Shown: positions 40,998 through 53,435 of the stretch, piece after piece | Numbering within the stretch: the stretch's first letter is position 1 | How the letters are laid out: every line of letters starts with the position of its first letter | Source: Eledone cirrhosa | Lineage: Eukaryota | Assembly (NCBI GenBank): GCA_964016885.1 | Contig: OZ024744.1 | Span: 83,700,001 to 83,764,000, forward strand | Length of the DNA stretch: 64,000 nucleotides | Reading direction: 5' to 3' | Position numbers and translations under genes: made by a program | Notes under the pieces: model-generated | Databases searched by the model: none | What the model was told of the DNA's origin: nothing | What the model saw: only the letters and a program-made list of their open reading frames with translations

Positions 40998-41296
40998 GCA
41001 TTACCCCAGCATGGCCTCAGCTGGATGGCTGGAACAGGTACAAGATTAACAGAGTAAAATATATGACGGCATTAGTTTGTGCCAAGCTGAAAGGTTATGG
41101 AAAGACACTGTTTTCTAAAAACTACAATAACTACAGAGGCAATTCGCTTCTTAAAACACTGTGTTTCCTTCAAAAACTATGGAGATATAAAAGATACAGA
41201 AGCGAAAACCAACCAAACAGTGAGTGTGCTCTGTTATTATTTCTGGCAATATTATTTCAACAATATGAACCTCCCCATGTATAACAATATACATAC

Positions 41297-41387
<91 letters not shown>

Positions 41388-41411
41388 TATATATATATAT
41401 GTATATATATA

Positions 41412-42221
41412 TAAATATAAATTCAGCGAGAATCACATTTCGGCGGGCAGAAATGGCGAAACGAAACGAAAAAGTCAGGTATGATACTGGCAAGCGCTCG
41501 ATAGTTAAAAAAATAGAGCTAAACAATATGTTAAGAGGGCATACAAAACTGAAATAGTGGTCAAGAAAGTGTCAACCACCTAAGCCAAAAAGCAAATCAA
41601 GCTAAAACAGGTCAAAACATAAATAATAAAGAAAACACAGACCTGGACCCCTTGGAATTGATTTTAATATCCAAATGCAGGGTTTCTATGACATATAAAT
41701 CAAAATACTGTCTGCTTAAAAATATAAGCTTTAGGTATAATGGTCGAACAAGGAATATCACGTTATCAACAGGTATATTTCTCTGTTCCAAATGTGTGAG
41801 TGACACAGAGGCACGTAAAAGCACGTGTGGAATTCACAAGGGGAAAGAATCCCAGATTTTGGCATATGAATTCAGTAAGTGTATACCATGCAAAAAATTT
41901 CATAAATAGCACAAATCGAATAAGCTCTCAACCGGGTAGTTTTTAAAATAAACTTGTACAATTAACCTGTCAATAAAAAGTATTAACAAGTTAATTGTAA
42001 GACTCCGGAGATTAATACAAATATAGATTTAGCGAGAATCGCATTTCGACGGGTAGAAATGGCGAAACGAAACGCAAAAGTCAGATATGATACTGGCAAG
42101 CGCTCGATGGTTAAAAAACTAGAGCTTAAACAATATGTTAAGAGGCCATACAAAACTGAAATAGTGGTCAAGAAAGCGTCAACCACCTAAGCCAAAAAGC
42201 AAATCAAGCTAAAACAGGTAA
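41412..42221 (-). mobile_element. Non-coding partial-tandem (~1.3-mer, 606-bp period) element in (TA)n, HHR-bearing
   Basis: Direct repeats 41412-41615 / 42018-42221; colinear homology with 24768-25518. Confidence 0.8.
41641..41774 (-). ncRNA. Extended type-I hammerhead with U3-A8 core
   Basis: ACCUG-UUGAUAA-C-GUGAUAU..AUGUCAU-A-GAAA-CCC..UUGGA..UCCAA..GGG-UC-CAGGU. Confidence 0.75.
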
Positions 42222-42247
42222 AAAAAAAAATATATATATATATACAC

Positions 42248-42430
<183 letters not shown>

Positions 42431-42933
42431 TATATAAGAATTAAAATACTAGAGTGTGTTGGAGTTAAACACCCTCTTCGTATTATAGAAATGACAGTAA
42501 AGGTATAGCTCAATGTAACTAAACAGAGCCGAAGAATTAAGAAAATAAACCAAAGAAGCCTTCAATACATCAAAAGTCTTTATTAGCCAACAATGTTTCG
42601 TCCTATTAAGGACTCATCGGGGCAATTAAAGCTATGAGAAAAACACTATCGGCCAATATAAGCCAACAACTCAGAAGAATATGGAGTGTACATACATTAA
42701 AGCATAGGATAATTATCGGGTAAAAATTATCAAGTAAAAATTGCTAAGGAAGTGAATAACATTTTGAACCATATTACAAATATAGTCCAATGTAAAAACT
42801 AAAGCTAAACAAAGGTGGTGATATAGAGCGGGAATTATTGTACTATATATAATATAATATAATATAATATAATATAATATAATATAATATAATTGATAAT
42901 GATAATAATAATAATATTAAAAGGCCCAATATA

Positions 42934-42995
<62 letters not shown>

Positions 42996-43694
42996 TATAC
43001 ATATATATCAATACACAATTCCATCAATACAAGCACAAACTAACACTTATTAAGAGTTTAAATATAAATAAAAATAATAAGAATAAAAATAAAAATAAAA
43101 ATAAAAATAAAAATAAAAATAAAAATATAATACATATATTATTTACAGTATAAAATGAAGAAGAAATGAGTAAAAGTAAACATATAATATATAATAAACT
43201 ATATAATTATATAATTGATGATCTCCGTTTAATTTGCACAAACAATATAAATGTTACAATAACACTATAATAACAATATTATAATAATATTATAATATAT
43301 TGGCATATAACTTAACAAATCATGTAGAGTTACAGACCGGGTGAGAAAAAATATCGTACAGAACTAAATTATGTTGGAAAAATTGTGTTGGAAAAATATC
43401 AATACCATTGCAAGAAAACAGATGGAGGTCAAGTTTTTATACAATTGGTGTAAATAAATATTATCCAAACATTACAAAAATTATAAAAATATAAACATAT
43501 TACAGAATTTACAAAATTTAACATAATGGTACATTTAATAATCGGTGAATAATTAAGATCAATAGTACGTTTACAAAGAGTGGAATGATATAACAACTTC
43601 AATATCAAATAATGAACATAGTATAATATACATAATTACGTGGTTGGTGGACAGACATTTGTGAATAAGTGAATAAGAACCAGACAGAAAACTA

Positions 43695-44123
43695 CGCCCT
43701 TTAAACGGTAACTGCCTCTCTAAGAACATCGTTTATGCTTGTGTAGTTAAAACTAATTCCTCTAATAGCACATATATAGGCTCAACATCTAACACTTTTA
43801 AGACTAGGTTTAATTCTGATATCTCTAATTTTAAACATGTTAAGTTTAAGAATTCTACTTCATTAGCACACCATATCTGGGATCTTACGGGGGCTAATAT
43901 ACCATATAGCCTTAATTGGCGAATAGTAGCACGCTCTAATAACCTTTCAAGACATACTAAATTTTGTAATCTCTGTATCCTTGAGACCCACTCTATAATT
44001 TTCTCTAGGGAAACCTTACTTAATAGAAAGTCTGAGATATTCTCTTCTTGCCCCCACGCCATTTCAAATTCTTACTTTTATTATAAACCTAAAGGTTCTG
44101 GTAATGTAAATTGTATCCATTAG
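43695..44123 (+). pseudogene. PLE GIY-YIG endonuclease frame (no start codon, absent from ORF track)
   Basis: PLNGNCLSKNIVYACVVKTNSSNSTYIGSTSNTFKTRFN..TSLAHHIW..CNLCILE..LLNRKSEIFSSCPH. Confidence 0.9.
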
Positions 44124-45916
44124 CTGCTATATTCCCTTATCTTTTTAGTTTAGGTTCATTTTGTTTACCACCATCATTATCATCATTATTATTATTATTG
44201 GATTTTAACAGCTTTTCAATCTAGTTTTCATAGTCCTTTGGCTACCATACCATATCTATCTTCTTAAATATTATATTTTCACTATTAACACCTTATGAGT
44301 TTATATCTGATTATATATTTTATTTTATATTATTTTATTTTATTTTATTTGGATTCTTCTTTTGATAATTAACCCCCCACCCCCACCCAACAACCACACT
44401 TGTCATTCGCCCCTTCAATTATACTATAATTATATTCAATTCCCTTTTATGCTCCTTTCTATTGCATAATACAGTATATTGATAATGATTTTATGCTCCT
44501 TCGTATCCTCCATACATTTCTTTTTTCTGTCCCCATTAGCCTACCATAATTCTATTTAAAATCCGTTTATTAGATAACGTTATTCAACTGATAGTAGAAT
44601 ATTTCATTCTTTTCTAGATATTTTTATTGAGATATCTTAAACTTTGGAGATTTTGATTACTTAAACCATAGCTAATTTTGTATTGACTTATTATGTATTT
44701 TAAATACTTTCAATATTAATTAATTTAATAGGGTTTTCTAGTCATTTATCCGGGTTTGTTTCCTAAATGTTTTACTTAACTGCATGTGACACCTAAGTAA
44801 ATACTTTTGTTTTTGTTTTTCGATTTCCGGTTGATTTTATTTATATATTTATACTACCGTGCGTAGTTTTCTGTCTGGTTCTTATTCACTTATTCACAAA
44901 TGTCTGTCCACCAACCACGTAATTATGTATATTATACTATGTTCATTATTTGATATTGAAGTTGTTATATCATTCCACTCTTTGTAAACGTACTATTGAT
45001 CTTAATTATTCACCGATTATTAAATGTACCATTATGTTAAATTTTGTAAATTCTGTAATATGTTTATATTTTTATAATTTTTGTAATGTTTGGATAATAT
45101 TTATTTACACCAATTGTATAAAAACTTGACCTCCATCTGTTTTCTTGCAATGGTATTGATATTTTTCCAACACAATTTTTCCAACATAATTTAGTTCTGT
45201 ACGATATTTTTTCTCACCCGGTCTGTAACTCTATATGATTTGTTAAGTTATATGCCAATATATTATAATAATATTATAATATTGTTATTATAGTGTTATT
45301 GTAACATTTATATTGTTTGTGCAAATTAACCGGAGATCATCAATTATATAATTATATAGTTTATTATATATTATGTTTACTTTTACTCATTTCTTCTTCA
45401 TTTTATACTGTAAATAATATATGTATTTTTATTTTTATTTTTATTTTTATTTTTATTTTTATTTTTATTTTTATTTTTATTTTTATTTTTATTTTTATTT
45501 TTATTTTTATTTTTATTTTTATTTTTATTTTTATTTTTATTTTTATTTAAACTCTTAATAAGTGTTAGTTTGTGCTTGTATTGATGGAATTGTGTATTGA
45601 TATATATATATATGTGTACATATGTATATATATATATAAGTATATTGGGCCTTTTAATATTATTATTATCATTATCAATTATATTATATTATATTATATT
45701 ATATATAGTACAATAATTCCCGCTCTATATCACCACCTTTGTTTAGCTTTAGTTTTTACATTGGACTATATTTGTAATATGGTTCAAAATGTTATTTACT
45801 TCCTTAGCAATTTTTACTTGATAATGTTTACCCGATAATTTTCCTATGCTTTAATATATGTACATCTATATTCTTCTGAGTTTTTGGCTTGTATTGGCCG
45901 ATAGTGCTTCTTATAG

Positions 45917-45970
45917 CTTTAATTGCCCTGATGAGTCCTTAATAGGACGAAACATTGTTGGCTAATAAAG
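45917..45970 (+). ncRNA. Minimal type-I hammerhead (mirror copy at 42578-42631, minus, core CCGAUGA)
   Basis: GCC-CUGAUGA-GUCCU UAAU AGGAC-GAAA-CAUUG-UU-GGC. Confidence 0.85.
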
Positions 45971-46035
45971 ACTTTTGATGTATTCAAATCTTCTTTGGTT
46001 TATTTTCATAATATAAATATATATATATATATGCA

Positions 46036-46632
46036 TATATAATAGAAGAAAATGAGGAAGTTTCGTGTAAACAGGAAGCAGGGACTGGCCCTATGAGTAG
46101 GGGTATTTGGCGTGTGTCACGCTTAGACGACTCGGTGGTAGTTTCCACCAAAGCAAGTTTTTGACTGACCAATACACATTCCAAAACGCGTCCACACCCG
46201 CGCGCACACACACACACGAATCCTTGATTGCTCGCGCTTCCACAAATATGCCTATGAATATCGGTGAACATACACCCACATTGCTCCCACACCAATTACA
46301 CCAAAATACACACATACGCCCATACACACACAAAAAAGAATTAGGCCGATGCCTATATATATAACTTCTTATTCTACATAGCACAAAAAAAATATATCTT
46401 TTGTCACATCAACAGTCTGAGGAGCAGATCAATACTGGGGTCAGGTCCATAACTCCTATGGGTCACCTTGAGTCAATGCTTTGCGAAACGTGTGTAACAT
46501 GTCGATACACAATAAATATTTTTCGTATCTAAACGAAACATCCTCGTTTATTTATATTATATACTTTCAGCCTGGCCATACAGTGCTTGTTTTGGTAACA
46601 ACACCAGTATTTCACCATACTACCTACACTAT
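46036..46632 (+). mobile_element. PLE-like remnant with short terminal inverted arms and HHR at 46411-46510
   Basis: CUGAGGA(46417)-GCAGA..UUUGC-GAAA-CGUGU GUA ACAUG-UC; stem I weak; arms ~46036-46070 / 46530-46563. Confidence 0.6.
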
Positions 46633-46638
46633 ATATAT

Positions 46639-46669
<31 letters not shown>

Positions 46670-46673
46670 ATAT

Positions 46674-47348
46674 ATACAAATTAAAATGAAGAATTAGAAA
46701 TAGAACTATCCATCATCAGTGATCTACTAGCCCTCATAGGTATTTCTTCGCATTAAAGACCAGATACCTCAGGCTAGCGCGGACAATAACACAAATAAGT
46801 TATTGGGATAAAAACACTTGGGTGGAGAAAGACAGACAGTTAAACAAACATGAATGGTGAGGCAACGTAAAGAGAGGAAAACATGAGAAAATCAAGTCAA
46901 TGATTCATTTGAACATAAGAACTTGCGAATATTGACGAGAAGACGAGAGACACATCCCAACCATGCGAAAGTAAGCGAGGAAAGAATTAAGCACGGTGTG
47001 GGACGATGGAGGAAGTGAGAGAGATGGTGAGTAGCAGAGAGTGAGTGAATGAAAGTGTGAGGAAGAGGCTAGCCGAGAGATGGTGACTAGCAGAGGAGGT
47101 GAATGAAAGTAAGAGGGAGAAGGCGAGAGAAGGGGGAGAGAGAAAGAGGATAGCAGTGAGGGAAGAGAAAAAGACAAGTCACAGCGAAGGGAAAAGCATA
47201 TAGGAATGAAAAATGGCGTGCTGTGTTGTTGCAAATGTGATATACAAATTAAAATGAAGAGGTACAAATAGGACTATCCATCATCAGTGATCTACTAGCC
47301 ATCATATGTATTTCTTAGCCTTAAAAGCCAGATACCTCAGGCTAGCGC
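46674..47348. repeat. Non-coding partial-tandem element (~105-bp direct repeats, ~570-bp period) in (TA)n
   Basis: atacaaattaaaatgaaga...atccatcatcagtgatctactagcc...gatacctcaggctagcgc occurs twice. Confidence 0.75.
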
Positions 47349-47904
47349 ATATATATATATATGATCGATTCTCCCGTCGATAACCGACGTATGAGTGTCC
47401 AACAAAAGTTCAGCTCTCTCGATGCCGGTGTCTCATGTGGCATTTCAATCCCCATCGCCTACGAAGACTGGCGGAAATGTGAGAAAGTGAATTCGTGTTG
47501 AACTATCAACACAAAGTTTTGTTTTAAGTGGTGAAGGCTTGTGTATGACTAACCACACTTTTTGACAATGACGACACATATCTTCGGTGCAAATGTTTGG
47601 CGCAGAAAATACGACAGCCCTAAGCTTTTTATGCCTCGGAGTTTAACCTCACCGTATAACTTAACAAAAAAAAAACTATTTGGATGGCTGTTAACTCTGC
47701 TGAGTAACTCCATCCTTTGCCGGGATTCGTATTTCATCCCGCAGGGTGTCCAAGTATCACCCTCCCTACAAAACAAGCTTGGTGGGGTTGCCGGTTTAGT
47801 CACCGACGACTCGACCACGACCATGAGACAGCTTGTACAGGGTTACGTGTTACCAGTAACACTCGAGAGTGACCTGACATAAATATATATATATATATAT
47901 ATAT

Positions 47905-48430
47905 AATTGAATAAACAAGAGAGATGAACACTAATATAAACAAACATGTGTTCTAATCGTATGGACCAAATTTGCTAGGGTGAAAAAATACTAACTACAG
48001 CAATATGGTTTTCAATATCGCACACAATTCATTCTCTAATATATTTCTCAACAACTACTGAGGAGCAGAGAAACGTGAGAACCTCACTTAATAAGATGTT
48101 GTGAAACAGTCTCCAATATTGTCTAGTTGATACCAGGCGTTTGCCCAATATAGGTCTGTTATTTTTCTTTATTTTTCTTGATTTAATATTTAAAGTTAAG
48201 GATAACAAACCATATTAGTGTAGTTAGTATTTTTACACCCTAGCTAATTTGGTCCTTACGATTCGAACACATGTATGTTTATATTAGTGTTCATCTCCCT
48301 TGTTTATTTAATTATATTGAACGGCTCGGAAAAGCTTTTTTCTTAGAGCCATTTAATTGTATGAGACTACTCTGCGTTCTTAACTATAGATATATATTGG
48401 CTTTTTGCTACAATATTTTCTGTACCTTTC

Positions 48431-48432
<2 letters not shown>
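47905..48432 (+). mobile_element. Hairpin PLE-like remnant (arms 47905-48010 / 48208-48313) with HHR in the loop
   Basis: Diverged inverted arms; (TA)n flanks; related to 611-905. Confidence 0.75.
48052..48129 (+). ncRNA. Type-I hammerhead with enlarged loop II
   Basis: CAACUA-CUGAGGA-GCAG..(30 nt)..UUGU-GAAA-CAGU CUCCAAU AUUG-UC-UAGUUG. Confidence 0.8.
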
Positions 48433-48474
<42 letters not shown>

Positions 48475-48565
48475 CGAAGGAAATGTGGTAAGGAACGAGG
48501 TGGACCATAACGCACCAAAGTACTCAATACTTAGGGTAGTAGAGTGGGTAATAGGAACCAGTAAG

Positions 48566-48659
48566 ACCCCAACGGCTGAGCTCAAGCCGTTTCGACGGCT
48601 AATTCTGGACTAAATGAAAATTTATCCTGGTATATAAATAGCCGAGCTTCTCAAGGGGT
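48566..48659 (-). ncRNA. Hammerhead with U3-A8 core, long stem II and full stem III
   Basis: ACCCC-UUGAGAA-GCUCGGCUA..UAGCCGUC-GAAA-CGGCU UGAGCUC AGCCG-UU-GGGGU. Confidence 0.8.
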
Positions 48660-50041
48660 AATTCCATATATGGTCAAAGTGATTGTCACAAGGATTGGTC
48701 ACAAGTTAGTAGTAATTCTGTGATGGCAAATTAGTGGGGGAGAGGGTGGCTAAACCTGCCAGTAGGAGAAAAAGGGGAGGGGTGGAGTAGACCAAATCAT
48801 GCGTTGGTAGTGCCGGCTACAGCTGGGCATGAGGTCAAAGAAGATACTACGGAGGGGGAGGGGGAGGAAGTCGAAACGGTAAGTAGAACAATGCAGGGTA
48901 AAAATATATATATAAAAAAAAAAAATACTGAGAGTGATAAAAAGCGAATAAATGTAAAGAAAAAAATATAAGCAATTTCTACGACCTAAGTCTCTAGCTA
49001 TTGCTAGGCTAGATAAATAAATAAATAAAGAAATAAAGAAATAAAGAAAGAAATAAAGAAGTAAAGAAATAAAGAAATTAAAAAATAAGTAAATAAACTA
49101 GGTGGGACGGAATAGGAAAGGACCCTTTTAAGAGGTATAAGTACGTATATCATACGGTGACGGGTCAACAATTGGGGCCAAAATACTAAAGAAGCTACCA
49201 CGAAATAATTAATAAAGGTTTCTACCCCGGACACAAGGCCAGCAACCACCCAGTGCAGAAAAGTAAACTAGTACGAGATAATAATTCTGAGTCCCGAAAA
49301 AAATATACTAATGCTAACTCTAATGGTACCGCCATGCTACAAAAGTTCTTATACAAGGTACATGAAAGTTTGTACGAAGTAAAAGTAGAATACGGAAAAA
49401 TAAATTCAGAATCCACCCCGCCCAAAAGAAAAGAGAAGAAAGAAATACTGAAACGAGAAATTAAGGCAGAGGTGCCAATAAGAAATATAGAAGACACGGA
49501 AAAAAGGGGGGAACGGTCGGATAAGGGGGCAAGTATCCGAGGGCTATATGATATACGTACTTATACCTCTTAAAAGGGTCCTTTCCTATTCCGTCCCACC
49601 TAGTTTATTTACTTATTTTTTAATTTCTTTATTTCTTTACTTCTTTATTTCTTTCTTTATTTCTTTATTTCTTTATTTATTTATTTATCTAGCCTAGCAA
49701 TAGCTAGAGACTTAGGTCGTAGAAATTGCTTATATTTTTTTCTTTACATTTATTCGCTTTTTATCACTCTCAGTATTTTTTTTTTTTATATATATATTTT
49801 TACCCTGCATTGTTCTACTTACCGTTTCGACTTCCTCCCCCTCCCCCTCCGTAGTATCTTCTTTGACCTCATGCCCAGCTGTAGCCGGCACTACCAACGC
49901 ATGATTTGGTTTACTCCACCCCTCCCCTTTTTCTCCTACTGGCAGGTTTAGCCACCCTCTCCCCCACTAATTTGCCATCACAGAATTACTACTAACTTGT
50001 GACCAATCCTTGTGACAATCACTTTGACCATATATGGAATT

Positions 50042-50135
50042 ACCCCTTGAGAAGCTCGGCTATTTATATACCAGGATAAATTTTCATTTAGTCCAGAATT
50101 AGCCGTCGAAAGGGCTTGAGTTCAGCCGTCGGGGT
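50042..50135 (+). ncRNA. Mirror copy of the U3-A8 hammerhead (GUC site, one stem III mismatch)
   Basis: ACCCC-UUGAGAA..GAAA-GGGCU..AGCCG-UC-GGGGU. Confidence 0.75.
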
Positions 50136-50145
50136 CTTACTGATT

Positions 50146-50181
<36 letters not shown>

Positions 50182-50186
<5 letters not shown>

Positions 50187-51724
50187 AGATCAAAAGATGG
50201 TTAAAGGAGTTCCATATATTTTATTATGCGCATTTCAAAAACAAACATCATCAAGCAATAATATTTGTGTTTTCATCAGATAAAACAGGAGAACATGATA
50301 TGAAGGCTAAAAAAACACTTGTTGATAGTGCAGTTTTAAATCAACATATGAAAAGTGGTTTTAGATTGATGTGTGATATTGGGAAAAATATTTTATTTAG
50401 AGAGGGGGGGAGGATGAAAAGGGAAGGAGATGAGAGGGAGAGATGGGTGATAGAGAGAAAGAGATAGTTTTTATAACTGAGAGGAGATATATTTTTTACA
50501 TAGAGGGGTTGAAAACCGTTGGAAGATACTGTATAAATTAAAAATTTTGAAAATTAACGAAGGGAGGATATGTGCGAGGAAAAAATATTTTATTTAGGGA
50601 GGGTGGGGTGGAAAGGATGAAAAAAAGGGGGGAGGAGATGAGAGTGAAGGTGGAGAGGGAGAGATGGGTGATAGAGAGAAAGAGATAGTTTTTATAACTG
50701 AGAAAAAGATATATTGTTTTAATATAGAGAGGTTGGGAACCGTTGGAAGATAACGTATAAATTAAAGGAATTTGAAAATTAACGAAGGGAAATTATGTAT
50801 GAAGATAGAGAGAAAAAAATAATAATTGTGGGTGAATATTCTAACGTCAAAAGAAGAAATGTATGTATTGTGGCAATTTCAAAATTAGCGAAGAGAAAAA
50901 TTGTTAAGGTAGAAGGATTTGAGAAGTGTAGAAGGATTTGAGAAAAATAATGTGAAGTTAAAGTTTGTATATTGAATTGATATGTATTAATAATGAGTTC
51001 GTTGATGGGGAGAAAAAAATAATAATAAATTAAGGATGAAATTGAGATTAAAAAGATTTATGATAGAGAGAAAAAAATAATGATTGCGGATGAATATTCA
51101 AAATGTCAAAAACAAATGTTATTATTTTACGAGAAGATAGAATGAGGGTAATGAGTAAACAAGTAGTATAGAGTGTATAATGCCCTTTAAAGTAAGGTAG
51201 ATGGGTATATTTTAAAGAGGTGTATGTATATGTGCCTTTGAGAAAAGATTCTAAATTGATAAAGAATTGAATATTAACTGTATACTTTGTGAAAAGTTCT
51301 ATGGAATTTATGCAGGCAGATAGAAAACAAATCTGAGCGTCTATTTATTATAGATTCTAGGTTAGAGATAATGGTAAATTTTTCATTTAGGCAGAGATTA
51401 CAGATTTTAGATAGAGAGCTGTTCAAGTATGAGGATGCAGAAGAAATCTTTTTCCAAAAGATGTTATATTTAATGTTTTTGTATTTTAAGGACCATATGA
51501 GTTCTGAGAGAGCACTGTTAGTTCTTTTAAGTTTGTATTTGAAAGATGAATGATGATTATAGAGACGAGCTATAAAAGAGGTGGAAGTGGAGCCAAAATA
51601 GGTGAAGGAGTTGGTGCTAGTTATAATTTTACATTCATAAATTAAGTTTTTATCGAGGCAATGGTTGTTATCTTATCCGATATCTGCATTGCTTTATTGT
51701 ACTACAATAAAACTCACCTCCTAC

Positions 51725-51728
<4 letters not shown>
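50182..51728 (-). mobile_element. 5'-truncated PLE (GIY-YIG, 3' UTR with ~220-bp duplication, HHR) with short inverted tail
   Basis: Minus frame ~51274-51668: NNHCLDKNLIYECK..TYFGSTSTSFIARLYNH..ALSELIWSLK..CNLCLNEK..INRRSDLFSICLH. Confidence 0.88.
50217..50287 (-). ncRNA. Intact type-I hammerhead with 16-bp stem II
   Basis: UGUUUUAU-CUGAUGA-AAACACAAAUAUUAUU GCUU GAUGAUGUUUGUUUUU-GAAA-UGCGCA-UA-AUAAAAUA. Confidence 0.88.
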
Positions 51729-51796
<68 letters not shown>

Positions 51797-51801
<5 letters not shown>

Positions 51802-52338
51802 GTTAAGAATGTACATCCACATATGTATACTGAAATACTAGTATGCATATGAATACACACACGTGTGCATATGTAGATGTACCGAGTTTTTCACTGGTCA
51901 CTTTTCACGCTCTATGCAAATTAGTCTGCCCACTACTAATTTTCATAGAAAAATCATATAACGATATGTGCTTTTACGATTCTCTAGAAAGGCCGGAAGA
52001 TGGGTAAATATTGCTGATGAGATATAACAACACCGAAACTAGTCCAATATTCCTTGTCTGGCTTTCTGGAGAATAGAGGAAAGGTGTTTCCTCAAAAACC
52101 AGTATGACTCTAAAAACCGGTTTGTCTGTGTGTTTACAAACAGAATAGCTGGGCACTCACAGTAAAGTGACCAGTGAAAAACTCGGTACATCTACATATG
52201 TACACGTGTGTGTATTCATATGCATACTAGTATTTCAGTATACATACGTGGATGTACATTCTTAACTTAATTGTTTAAGCGTCAGTCATACAAAAGTGAG
52301 TTACAAACGAAACGAAATTTAATTTCGTTTCGTTATTT

Positions 52339-52342
<4 letters not shown>
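51797..52342 (+). mobile_element. Hairpin non-coding element (arms 51797-51904 / 52164-52272) with HHR in the loop
   Basis: HHR 52007-52051: AAUAUUG-CUGAUGA-GAUAUAACAACACC-GAAA-CUAG-UC-CAAUAUU; stem II decayed. Confidence 0.8.
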
Positions 52343-52424
<82 letters not shown>

Positions 52425-52431
52425 GTATATG

Positions 52432-52566
<135 letters not shown>

Positions 52567-53435
52567 GTATGTATGTATTTGCATATATATCTATGCATGA
52601 GTACAAGCGCATTTGTATGTATAAACAATATTCAGTTGTCTGAACATGTTTAGATATATATATCTTTGTATATATGATCAGGAGTTCACATACACATGTG
52701 TATCTCCTTACTCTAATATTTGCATTTTACAAAACCCATCTTCCCCATTAAAATAAGACATTCAACAACCCCCACCGATTGCCAGCGAAATGTAATTTAC
52801 TATTGTCTAAACAGACTGCAGTTAAACTATTTATCAAATTTAAAATCACCAATATAAGTGTTAATGATCTTATACAGAAATTCTTCAAATTTACATTTCT
52901 TTTTATCTTTGAAACTCAACAAATCTGTAACCATCCAAAATACCTCATTAATGTTACTATTATATGTTTGTTATTACCAAAATTGCATCTGCATATAATC
53001 TACAGTTTCTTTAGTCCCCATCCATCAATCAGTTGGTCCGAAATCAATCATAACCACCACATGCTCTCTACCACCGTTGATGCTAAAAAAAACTCTCATT
53101 AGCTATTCATTATTTTCTCATGATTATGATATTTATACACAGCTTGTTTGTTTTTTTCTACGTTTTAATCTTACTTATTATAGCAGTTGTGTATATTTAT
53201 TCATCTCATCATTCTTTTTATTTCTGCATATAGACAATATTGTTTAACCAACTATATATAGAGAGGCTATGATGTGTAGTTTGCCAGTTGACTTATGAAA
53301 CAGAAGTACGAAACTTGAGTAGTCACTCACTCACACATATATTTCACTAGGATCCTCCGTCAGTTTCAAAAGTGGTTATTAAATCGTTCAACTAGTGAAA
53401 TAACTTTTAAGTCGTATCCAATTCTCTGGTTACAA

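Larger units (their letters stand above)
42435..46012 (+). mobile_element. 5'-truncated PLE with ~1.15-kb inverted arms
   Basis: 42540-43697 is the reverse complement of 44861-46010; loop begins with a GIY-YIG frame; HHR in both arms. Confidence 0.9.
48473..50150 (+). mobile_element. Hairpin element with ~600-bp near-identical arms (48551-49154 / 49547-50150)
   Basis: Direct comparison of arms; (TA)n flanks; the left arm has an extra ~80-bp tail. Confidence 0.9.

Noticed and set aside
41612-41909. Possible LINE C-terminal zinc-finger remnant (CEFH..C)
   Set aside because: Not conserved as a frame in the homologous element at 24.8-25.5 kb; conservation follows RNA pairing instead
47370-47880. 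GC-richer segment with a 106-aa ORF
   Set aside because: Probably a transposon fragment, but no motif could be identified
49253-49573. 106-aa Lys-rich ORF in the hairpin loop
   Set aside because: No recognisable domain motif; likely UTR or decayed sequence
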